Source of the DNA: an uncultured delta proteobacterium
GTDB taxonomy: Bacteria > Desulfobacterota > Binatia > UBA9968
Direction of reading: 5' to 3'
DNA length: 64,000 nt
Assembly (NCBI GenBank): GCA_963847445.1
Contig: CAWJZV010000016.1
Location: 1 to 64,000 of the forward strand
The translations under genes were made by a program, and so were the position numbers. Position 1 is the stretch's first letter, and each line of letters starts with the position of its first letter. Below, piece by piece: positions 43,310 to 51,822 of this stretch. Below the pieces are notes generated by a model, which saw only the letters and a list, made by a program, of their open reading frames with translations, ran no database searches and was not told where the DNA came from.

Positions 43310-43951
43310 ATGAAACGAAACCCACATTCCCGGTCCGGCACACGCTCGATTTCGAATCTGCGAATTCGCTACGCCGTAGTCGTCGTATGCGGCTTTCTTG
43401 GTCTGTTTGCCTCCCTCGCCAATGCTCAATTGGGTCCTAAAGACGGCGCAAACCTAACACCCACGGATCTAGAGCGAGTCAAGGTCGGCGACACGGCACC
43501 GGATTTTACGCTTGAGAATATGGATGGCCTGAAAATCACCCTATCGGACGTCTACCGTAGCAAAAAAGTGGTTCTGGTGTTCTATCGCGGTCAATGGTGA
43601 CCCTACTGCACACAACAGCTCGGCGAGCTGAAAGGCCTGTTAAGTCCAGACGAAAAGAATCTGGTTCAGCTACTTGCGGTGAGTGTCGACAGTCACGACG
43701 ATTCCAAAAAGTTTGTGCAAAAACTCAAGGAGCGATTTGCCGGCGATCTCGACTTTCCGCTTCTCGAGGACAGAGGCCACAAGGTGATCAACCGCTATGG
43801 CATTTTCAATCCGAGCAGCAAAGGCTGGCCCCACCCGGCGACTTATGTCATCGATACCAAGGGAGTCGTCCGTTGGCGCGTTGTCGAAACCGATTACAAG
43901 AAACGGCCCACCAACGCGCAAATTCTTGAGGCGATCAGAAGATTGCCGTAG
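43310..43951 (+). CDS. Peroxiredoxin-like selenoprotein B with signal peptide (213 aa, UxxC; TGA 43598-43600)
   Basis: GGAGG RBS; VGDTAPDFTL..VVLVFYRGQW-TGA-PYCTQQL..LAVSVD..PATYVID.KGVVRW. Confidence 0.92.
43616..43630 (+). promoter_or_regulatory. Putative SECIS element (Prx-like B)
   Basis: CAGCTC-GGC-GAGCTG, starting 15 nt after the TGA. Confidence 0.72.
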
Positions 43952-43983
43952 CCGCTTTCGACGAGCGGCAGCGATTGAACAGC

Positions 43984-44655
43984 TTAACGAACTTTCCACC
44001 GATCTGCGGGCATCGCGACACCGCGCTCCTCTGCCAACTTCGCGGCGCGCTCCGCACCGGCACGGGCGCGCTGAATCTGCCAATCGGCAACTTCCAAACC
44101 CAGCCCGTCGACCACCCGCACGCGAAAATTGAAATAGGCACAGACGTGCACGATATCGAGGATGTCGCGGTCATCCCAGCCCTTGTCACGTAGGCCCTGT
44201 ACGTCTTGCTCGCACATGTTGCTCGGCGTCAGCGTGAGTTTTTCGGCGAACTCCAACATGGCATATTCCGCAAGGGTCAAATTCATTTCGCGCCAAGCAT
44301 CTTTGACTTGCTCCACCGATAAATCATCGCCGCCTTCCTGACGCAGAAACTCTGCGTGAGCGACGGTTCAAAACCGGCAATGCAGCGTTGCTGCGGTCAC
44401 CGTGGCGATCATCTCGCGCTGCGCAGTCGTCAATCGCGACTCACCGCGCATAATCTCCCACATGAGCTCGGCGGTGTGCCACATCGCTTTGGGATTGAGA
44501 CTGTGCAGCATTGGCGGGCTAATCGGTGCGCCACCGTAACCGGCGTCGCGATCTTGGTTGATCTTTTCGCCTCGGCGCTGCTCGCGGATCTTTCGATATA
44601 CTTCTTTCAATTCCCCGTGCGCGTCATGTTCCGGAATAATCTTGATCCACGGCAT
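43984..44655 (-). CDS. AhpD/CMD-like selenoprotein C (223 aa, CxxU; TGA 44368-44370)
   Basis: MPWIKIIPE..REMIATVTAATLHCRF-TGA-TVAHAEFLR continues in frame into AMLEFAEKLT..YFNFRVRVVDGLG. Confidence 0.9.
44341..44357 (-). promoter_or_regulatory. Putative SECIS element (AhpD-like C)
   Basis: ACGCAGA-GTT-TCTGCGT, starting 10 nt after the TGA; lower stem CCGTC/GGCGG. Confidence 0.78.
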
Positions 44656-44722
44656 CGCCGTTCCTCCATATTCGCCGGTGGCGCCCCTGAATCGAGGGCC
44701 GGCATCGATGCGAGCGGTCGAC

Positions 44723-45150
44723 TTAGCGCCGCCCCTGGCCAAACAACAAGGCTTTTGACTCCTCGTTCACCGTCGGCTCGGGTGCCGAGATCGATCCGGT
44801 CAGCTCGATCTGGTAAATCATATCGGTGAACACCCGAGCGTCGCGGTCGTGTGCGCTCGCGCGACCATTTTGATGCTGTCGACCGGCATGGGTTTCTCTT
44901 TCAAGACGTTGGCATACTGCATCATCAGGCAGGAAGCCGCGCCGGTAACGAAATAACCGAGCGGAGTCGGCCCCGACCCTTTGCCGCCGCGGATCTCGGG
45001 CTCATCGATCATCAGCTGGAATGCTTTTTCCTCGGTCTTGTAAGTCGCCTCGAACGTTTTGTGCTCCTGGCGCGCGATGTCGACGCGCACCGTCCGATGG
45101 GCCGGCTCGCCAATTTGCTCGTTGGACCTTCTGCCATGATCACCTTCCAT
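44723..45150 (-). CDS. OsmC-like protein, Cys form (frameshifted, C-terminus apparently damaged)
   Basis: IDEPEIRGGKGSGPTPLGYFVTGAASCLMMQ; frame change near 44850 to RVFTDMIYQIELTG; second Cys not found. Confidence 0.7.
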
Positions 45151-45176
45151 TAGAATTATTCATCGCGTCCGCGAGT

Positions 45177-45210
45177 TTGACCTCCTACTACTAAACATAT
45201 AAGTAGTCAA
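45177..45210. promoter_or_regulatory. 34-bp operator/promoter element, copy 2
   Basis: TTGACCTCCTACTACTAAACATATAAGTAGTCAA, ending 1 nt before the gntR ATG. Confidence 0.8.
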
Positions 45211-45211
45211 C

Positions 45212-45955
45212 ATGCGCCTCGTTAAGCGATCCGGCTCTCCCCTACCGCTCTATTTCAAGATCATGACCGAGATCCGTGACAACATTCTTTCCGGCGCGTG
45301 GAATGACGGCTTTCAACTTCCCGGTGAAGCGGATCTCGCCCGCCGCCGCGGCGTCAGCGTCATCACCGTGCGCCAAGCGTTAGGCCAACTGGCTCACGAA
45401 GGGCTGGTCCGGCGCGAGCGAGCCAGGGGGACCTACGTCAGCTGGAGCGGACCGGTCAATCAGGCGATCAATTTAGAAATCGAAGCCGACAACCTGGTCA
45501 CACTGAATCCGGCGGGCACAAGCTTTAAGCTTCTCCGCACGGAACAGATCGACGCCCCGGCCAACCTTCGCGGCGACTTCAAGTTATTAGCTGGGGAACG
45601 CATAACCCGCATGACGCGCGTCCGTATGGCGCATCGCGAACCGCTTGCCTTCGTCTATTCCGACGTTCCGACCCGCATCGCGGCAACACTGCCACAAAAA
45701 AGCCTGCTTAAACTGCCGCTTTCCAGCGTCATCGAAAAGGCTTTGGCGATCCGCATCACGGACGTGAAACACCTCGTCGGAGCGAAGCTCGCCGACGAGG
45801 AAGTAGCAGCCAACCTGAACATACCGCCCGGCTCGCCGGTACTTTTCGTCGAGCGCAACTATTTCTACAAGAACGATCTGCTCTTGCGCACCGTGGGTTT
45901 CTACCGCAGCGATCTGTTCCGCTATGAAATCAAATTAAAAACCAGCCGCCGCTAG
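45212..45955 (+). CDS. GntR-family (HutC/UTRA) transcriptional regulator
   Basis: PLYFKI..LPGEADLARRRGVSVITVRQAL..GLVRRERARGTYV; C-terminal UTRA-like domain (YRSDLFRY). Confidence 0.92.
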   Translation: MRLVKRSGSPLPLYFKIMTEIRDNILSGAWNDGFQLPGEADLARRRGVSVITVRQALGQLAHEGLVRRERARGTYVSWSGPVNQAINLEIEADNLVTLNPAGTSFKLLRTEQIDAPANLRGDFKLLAGERITRMTRVRMAHREPLAFVYSDVPTRIAATLPQKSLLKLPLSSVIEKALAIRITDVKHLVGAKLADEEVAANLNIPPGSPVLFVERNYFYKNDLLLRTVGFYRSDLFRYEIKLKTSRR

Positions 45956-46014
45956 TTTTGGCTAAGCGTGGTAACTCGCGAGCCAGGTAACCTGTGACAG
46001 ATTTGGCCAGCCCG

Positions 46015-46389
46015 TTAATGCTTCGACGTACTCCCTGGCACCGTTACCGTGATATGCGACAGCGGCGAGTCCGCCGACGCGCCGTGCCAATGGCGTTCGC
46101 CGGATTTAATATGCACGATATCGCCGACGGTAATCTCGCGCTGTTCGGTTTCCGTTGCTGCGAAACCTTTGCCCGCCGTTACGACGAGAATCTGATCACA
46201 GTCATGGACATGCCAGCCGGTGGTCGCGCCGACGCGGAAGTTGACCACGTTGCAGCGAAAATTATCCGACTGCCCGTCGCCGATCACCGCCTGCCGCGTC
46301 CGGCTCACCGCCCCGCCGGTCCAACCGGCGATCGCCGTCGCCGTGTCCATTGGAGTTTCCTTGAGTTCGTTAATCTTAAGAACACGCAT
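46015..46389 (-). CDS. Cupin domain protein
   Basis: GWHVHDCDQILVVTAGKG..GDIVHIKSGERHWHGA. Confidence 0.9.
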   Translation of the reverse strand: MRVLKINELKETPMDTATAIAGWTGGAVSRTRQAVIGDGQSDNFRCNVVNFRVGATTGWHVHDCDQILVVTAGKGFAATETEQREITVGDIVHIKSGERHWHGASADSPLSHITVTVPGSTSKH

Positions 46390-46623
46390 AACTACCTCCT
46401 TAAATTCACAGCCGAACGCTCCGCCCCCAGAATTCAGTCATCCGAATCTGCCGTAGGGGCGTATTGCATACGCCCGTCTCCGTATCGCCACAACTACACT
46501 GGTCGCGGCGAACGGGTCAAGACCGTCTAGTCGTGATCGTGAGAGTCGCAAACTCTACAAGACGCGGAATCTACGGTTGACACTCCGACCTGCCAACGGC
46601 TATATCACTCGCGGAGATCGACC

Positions 46624-47577
46624 ATGCTATTCGTCCAAACCGTCTTGCTTTTTAGCATCTTCATCACGCCGCTAACCTTCGCCGCGGAGAAAATCCGCAT
46701 GTCGGTCTCCGGCAGCTACAATATGATCTTTCTCGCCGCCGGCGTGGCGCATCACAAAGGATTCTTCAAAGACGAAGGTCTGGAAACCGACATCGTCGTC
46801 ATGAGCGCGCCGGCGTCGATCGCCGCGCTATCGAACGGCGACATCGACTACACGCTGCTCACCGGCTCGGTGATCCGCGCCGCCATTCGTGGCCTGCCCG
46901 TCCGTATCGTCGCCGGCTTGATGAGCAGCTCCGCGCATGTTTTCCTGTCCCGGCCGGAAATAAAGACAATCAAAGAGCTCGCCGGTAAACGAATCGGACT
47001 CGCCGGCTTCGGCGACGCCACTCACGTCCTTGCGCGAATGATTCTTGCCAAACACGGCATCGACCCGGATAAAGACGTTCAGTTCATCGGACTCGGCTCC
47101 GACTCCGGCCGCTTCACCGCCCTGCAACAAAACCTCGCCGACATGGTCGTCACATCGCCACCCTGGGACTTCGAGGGGAAAAAGCTCGGCTACAACATCC
47201 TCGCCCGCGCCTACGAGCATGTGAACTATCCGCTCGCGGGCCTCGGCGTGAATCAAAAATCTTTGCAAACCAACCGCGGCCAAGTGAAACGAGTGGTCAA
47301 ATCGCTAGTGCGGGCCAACCGCTTCATGCGCGACAACCGCGAGGAGTCGGTGAAAATCTTGATCGTCTGGGGCAAAGGCAAACCCGAGCACGCCTCCGCC
47401 GCCTACGATTCCACAGTGAAAATCATCAGCCCCGACGGCGGAATCCCGGATGACGGACTAAGACTTTTGATCGATCAAGCCAAGCGCGACCTGAAAGTCA
47501 CACGCGACGTGCCGCTAAGTGAGATCACCGACTTTAGTATCTTGCGAGAAGTGCAGAAGGAGTTAGGGTTGCGCTAA
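46624..47577 (+). CDS. ABC-type solute-binding protein, NMT1/THI5-like
   Basis: Signal peptide; KGFFKDEGLE, RPEIKTIKELAGKRIG, DFSILREVQKEL. Confidence 0.87.
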   Translation: MLFVQTVLLFSIFITPLTFAAEKIRMSVSGSYNMIFLAAGVAHHKGFFKDEGLETDIVVMSAPASIAALSNGDIDYTLLTGSVIRAAIRGLPVRIVAGLMSSSAHVFLSRPEIKTIKELAGKRIGLAGFGDATHVLARMILAKHGIDPDKDVQFIGLGSDSGRFTALQQNLADMVVTSPPWDFEGKKLGYNILARAYEHVNYPLAGLGVNQKSLQTNRGQVKRVVKSLVRANRFMRDNREESVKILIVWGKGKPEHASAAYDSTVKIISPDGGIPDDGLRLLIDQAKRDLKVTRDVPLSEITDFSILREVQKELGLR

Positions 47578-47623
47578 TTGTATGATTGGATAGGCCAGGC
47601 AGGTCCCGGGCGCCAAACCTGAC

Positions 47624-49536
47624 ATGATCACCCACCCCATCCGCGTCCTATCGGTCATCCCGCCAATGACGCAGCTCAACACGCCTTATCCTTCGACGGC
47701 GTATCTCACAGGCTTCTTGCGCTCGCGCGGCGTCGATGCGGTGCAAGAAGATCTGGCACTCGCTCTAGTCTTAAAACTTTTTTCCGCCGACGGACTGTTA
47801 GCGATTCGTGAATGCATCGAGGCGATCCCGAAGCGCAAGCGCTCGCCGAACGTCAAGGGTTTTCACCGCGACTTTGACCGCTATCTCTCGACGATCACAC
47901 CGACCATTGCGTTCTTGCAGGGACGTGACCCGACCTTGGCGCACCGCATTTGCGGGCGACAATTTCTTCCCGAAGGGCCGCGCTTCAAGCCCATCGACTT
48001 CTATCTCCAAGACGGCAACGACGACCCGTTGGCTTGGGCGTTCGGCGCACTGGGAATCGAAGACCGCGCCAAACATTTGGCCACGCTGTACCTCGATGAT
48101 CATCGCCGACGTGCTGCGCGACGCGGTGGACCCGCGTTTTGAGTTTGTCCGCTACGCCGAATCGCTGGCGCAAAGCCAACCGACATTCGAGCCGCTCGCC
48201 GAAGCTTTGGCGGCACCGCTCAATCTGGTCGACAGCACACTGCGCGATCTGACTCTGGCCGCGCTGGCACGCCATTCACCGAACTGTGGTCTTACTCTCG
48301 GTGCCGTTCCCAGGATCGGTGTACGCCGCGTTTCGCATCGCCCAGACGATCAAGGCGCACGACTCGTCGATCATCACCGCGCTTGGCGGCGGCTATGTCA
48401 ACACCGAGCTGCGCGAACTGAGCGAACCGCGGGTGTTCGATTATTTCGACTACGTCACGTTAGATGACGGCGAGCGGCCGCTCCTCGCATTGCTCGAGCA
48501 CCTGCGCGGCGAGCGACCCGAGAGTGGTCTGGTTCGCGCTTTTGTGCGTGCCGGCAACAAATCCGCGGTCAACTACCTCGATAGCGGCGAACCCGACATC
48601 CCCTTCGCCGAAGTCGGCACCCCAACTTGGGACGGACTGCCGCTGGACGGCTATTTGTCGCTCCTCGACATGCTCAACCCGATGCACCGGCTGTGGTCCG
48701 ACGGCCGTTGGAACAAACTCACGGTTGCCCATGGTTGTTACTGGAAGAAGTGCAGCTTCTGCGACGTAAGCTTGGATTATATCTCGCGCTACGACGACAT
48801 CGCCGCGGCGACCCTGGCCGATCGTATCGAGACGGTCGTCGCCGAAACCCAACAGACGGGATTTCATTTCGTCGACGAAGCCGCGCCACCGAAGGCGTTG
48901 AAGGCGCTCGCCGCCGAGATCAAGAAACGCAAGCTGGCAATTTCATGGTGGGGCAATATTCGCTTTGAGAAATCTTTCAACCCTACGCTTTGCCAAGCAC
49001 TCGCCGACAGCGGCTGCATCGCGGTCTCCGGCGGGCTCGAGGTCGCTTCCGACCGCCTGCTCAATCTGATGAAAAAGGGCGTCACCGTCGAACAAGTCGC
49101 CAGAGTCACGCGGGCATTTTCCGACGCCGGCATTTTGGTCCACGCCTATTTGATGTATGGCTTCCCGACGCAGACAGTGCAAGACACGGTCGACGCGTTA
49201 GAATATGTCCGGCAATTGTTCGACGCCGGCTGCATTCAGTCAGGCTTCTTCCATCGGTTTACCTGCACGGTCCACTCGCCGGTCGGGAAACAGCCCGAAC
49301 AATACGGCGTCACGCTCATGCCCTTGCCGAAGATCTCCTTCGCGAAAAACGACGTCGGCTTCATCGATCCCACCGGCGTCGACCACGACGCTCTCGGCAT
49401 CGCCCTCAACAAAGCGCTCTACAACTACATGCACGGCATCGGCCTGGACGCCGACGTGCGCAGTTGGTTTAACGGCCGAGTGCCGCGCACCAAGGTGCCG
49501 CGCAGGTATATCGCGCGGGCACTCACGTCGGCTTAA
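47624..49536 (+). CDS. B12-binding-domain radical SAM protein (frameshifts near 48100 and 48285)
   Basis: PPMTQLNTPYPST, HGCYWKKCSFCD (CxxxCxxC), FHFVDEA, GLEVASDRLL..KG, YLMYGFP. Confidence 0.9.
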
Positions 49537-49608
49537 GATTATCTGTCCAGTCTATCTGGTGGCGGTATGTTATTTTCTGGGATGGTCGCAGATACAACCG
49601 AGACAAGG

Positions 49609-49634
49609 AGGGCGGGTTTAAAACCCGCCCCTAC
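49609..49634. repeat. Third REP family copy between convergent genes
   Basis: AGGGCGGGTTTAAAACCCGCCCCTAC; related copies near 14807, 33153 and 59740. Confidence 0.75.
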
Positions 49635-49664
49635 ACAAATTCATTTAGGTTCATTGGTCTGAGT

Positions 49665-50432
49665 TTAATTGCTCCAACCGCTCTCCGACACCACAACCCG
49701 ATTCCCTTCCGGATCGTTGAATTGAATCTGCCCTTGGGCGCCGTCCGATACCGCCACACCGCCGTCCTGCAAACGTTTCTTGAGACCGCCAAGATCGCTG
49801 ACCTGAATGCCGAAATATTGCACGCCGCCCTTGGGACGCACTTGCGATTTCGTCAACATCAGCGTCAGCGTGCCGTCGCTGAGGCGAATCGTCCCGTCAT
49901 CACTCCATCCCGCGATCTCCAGACCGAACTGCTGTTGGTAAAACTCACACGCCGCGGCCAAATCGGGCACCTGCACGGCGAGCAGACGTACGGCGGGAAG
50001 CTTTTTTTCTTCCCTGCCGAGATAGCCGCGCGACGACAGATCGACGTTGTTGCCCCAGGGATCGATGAAACGCACTTCCGCCGGCCGCGCCGCTTCTGGG
50101 CCGGAGACGCCGGCGGATATCTGTGGGTTTGCGCCGCGGGTCAAACCGGCGGGAAGTTTCGCCACGGCGGTATCCAAATTATCGACCATGAACCCGTAAT
50201 GATGAATGCCGACAGTCAACTCCGCCTCGCTGCCGTCGTCTCGATGGGTCCCGGAGATCGCCGCCGACACCGCCGCTTGCTGCAAGAAGGCAAGATTGAA
50301 CAGCGGATCGATCACCATGCGTGAGCCGCTGGGGAAGACTTTGCACTCCTCGAAGCCGAAATATTTCTGGTAAAAATCGCTGAGCACTTTTGGCTGCTGC
50401 GAAATAAACGCAATATGTCTGAGCTTGCCCAT
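49665..50432 (-). CDS. Two-domain VOC/glyoxalase family protein
   Basis: LRHIAF..FYQKYFG, GIHHYGFMVD, DPWGN, DPEGN. Confidence 0.85.
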   Translation of the reverse strand: MGKLRHIAFISQQPKVLSDFYQKYFGFEECKVFPSGSRMVIDPLFNLAFLQQAAVSAAISGTHRDDGSEAELTVGIHHYGFMVDNLDTAVAKLPAGLTRGANPQISAGVSGPEAARPAEVRFIDPWGNNVDLSSRGYLGREEKKLPAVRLLAVQVPDLAAACEFYQQQFGLEIAGWSDDGTIRLSDGTLTLMLTKSQVRPKGGVQYFGIQVSDLGGLKKRLQDGGVAVSDGAQGQIQFNDPEGNRVVVSESGWSN

Positions 50433-50489
50433 GGGTCACCTCCGCAATTGTTAATTCGTTTATATTTCCGGAATAAAAGGTGGAGCATG

Positions 50490-50563
50490 CTTCGACAGGC
50501 TCAGCATGAACGCTTATATTCCATCATTTCAGCTCATCTCCGTTCGTCCTGAGCTTGTCGAAG
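50490..50563. repeat. Inverted-repeat intergenic element (TTCGACAGGCTCAG type)
   Basis: CTTCGACAGGCTCAGCATGAACG ... CGTTCGTCCTGAGCTTGTCGAAG. Confidence 0.7.
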
Positions 50564-50609
50564 GACTCCGGGAGGATATTTCAGCAACCTGATATGAACA
50601 TTATGCGCC

Positions 50610-51671
50610 CTAACGAATCCTCGCCGCCACCTGTTCCATAAACCGGCACATTGACGCGCGCGCTTGTTGGTCGCTTAGTCCGCCCAATGCGAAGTTGCCA
50701 GCCAGGTCGGTTAAATAAAGCCGCTCACGGACGTATTCCACTTTTTCGCGAACTTCTTGTGCGTTGCCAACCAGGACGCGGTTTTGATCCACTAATTCAT
50801 CGAACGTCAGCCGCTTCATTGCCGCCCGATGTTTATCGTGACTGCGGTAGGACTCGGGATCGGCCATCCCTGGTGTCAAACTATGCGCCGCCTGCGCCGC
50901 CGAGTGATATTCATGCAACCCATGCGCAGCCGCCGCGCGCGCCTCAGCTGTGCTCTCGCCAACATAGGCGTGATACACGCCGAGTACCCGCGCGCTCGCC
51001 GGATCATGTCCCGCCGCGCGTCGCGCGTTGAAATAAGTCTGCATCTTCTCGCGCAGCTCTTCGATCTCGTTCAAGAACGGGATCAACATCATGTGGAAGC
51101 CTTGAGCGCCCGAGTATTCGAAAGACTCCACCGAAGTCGTCGCCGCCATCCACACCGTCGGATACGGCTCCTGCACCGGGCGCGGCAGCACTTCGACGCC
51201 GTGATATTCGTGAAAGCGCCCTTTGTGTTCGAGCTTCGCGTCGCGCCACGCCTTGAGAATCACCTCGAGATTTTCCTTGAAACGATCGCGCAAGTCGTCG
51301 AGCGGAATGCCGAAGGTCAGCGCTTCCCACTTGACAAAGCCATGACCGACGCCGAATTCCACCCGGCCGTTGCTCAAGCAATCGAGGGTCGCGTAATCTT
51401 CCGCGACACGCAGCGGATTGTGATAAGGCAACAGCAATACCGCGGTGCCGAGGCGCATCTTTTCCGTCCGCTGCGCGATCGCCGCGCCGATCACGGCCGG
51501 CGCGGAGAAAACGCCGGCAAACGGATGAAAGTGATGCTCGGCGAGCCAGACGGATTCAAAACCGATTTTTTCGCCGTAGGCGATTTGCTCGACGACCGTG
51601 CGAAAACGTTCGGCGCCTTCGGCGCGCGTTGCCGGAAGCGACGACGGTAAATAAAAGAGTCCGTAACCCAT
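50610..51671 (-). CDS. LLM-class flavin-dependent oxidoreductase
   Basis: GFESVWLAEHHF, MRLGTAVLLLPYHNPLRVAEDYATLD.LSNGRVEFGVG, PRPVQ. Confidence 0.92.
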   Translation of the reverse strand: MGYGLFYLPSSLPATRAEGAERFRTVVEQIAYGEKIGFESVWLAEHHFHPFAGVFSAPAVIGAAIAQRTEKMRLGTAVLLLPYHNPLRVAEDYATLDCLSNGRVEFGVGHGFVKWEALTFGIPLDDLRDRFKENLEVILKAWRDAKLEHKGRFHEYHGVEVLPRPVQEPYPTVWMAATTSVESFEYSGAQGFHMMLIPFLNEIEELREKMQTYFNARRAAGHDPASARVLGVYHAYVGESTAEARAAAAHGLHEYHSAAQAAHSLTPGMADPESYRSHDKHRAAMKRLTFDELVDQNRVLVGNAQEVREKVEYVRERLYLTDLAGNFALGGLSDQQARASMCRFMEQVAARIR

Positions 51672-51822
51672 GGCCGGACCATATGCCAGCGCGGCGAATT
51701 TGACAAGTTTTTCCGAGCGCGACGTGAGCGCACGCCCTGCCGGCAATCTTTCCCTCGACTTTCGCATCCTCGTGGGATAATGGGGTTGTCAAAACTCATT
51801 TGGCGAAAGAAGAATTGCGCTT

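Noticed and set aside
39103-44655. Genome-wide TGA recoding to Trp or Gly (code 4/25)
   Set aside because: TGA serves as a normal stop in many genes here (e.g. 14713, 35536, 53535, 58027). The in-frame TGAs occur only at catalytic Cys positions.
47624-49536. B12 radical SAM gene (and the GST at 36764) as members of the selenoprotein island
   Set aside because: They are separated by unrelated genes and I found no copy of the 34-bp element upstream. Only conserved synteny could link them.
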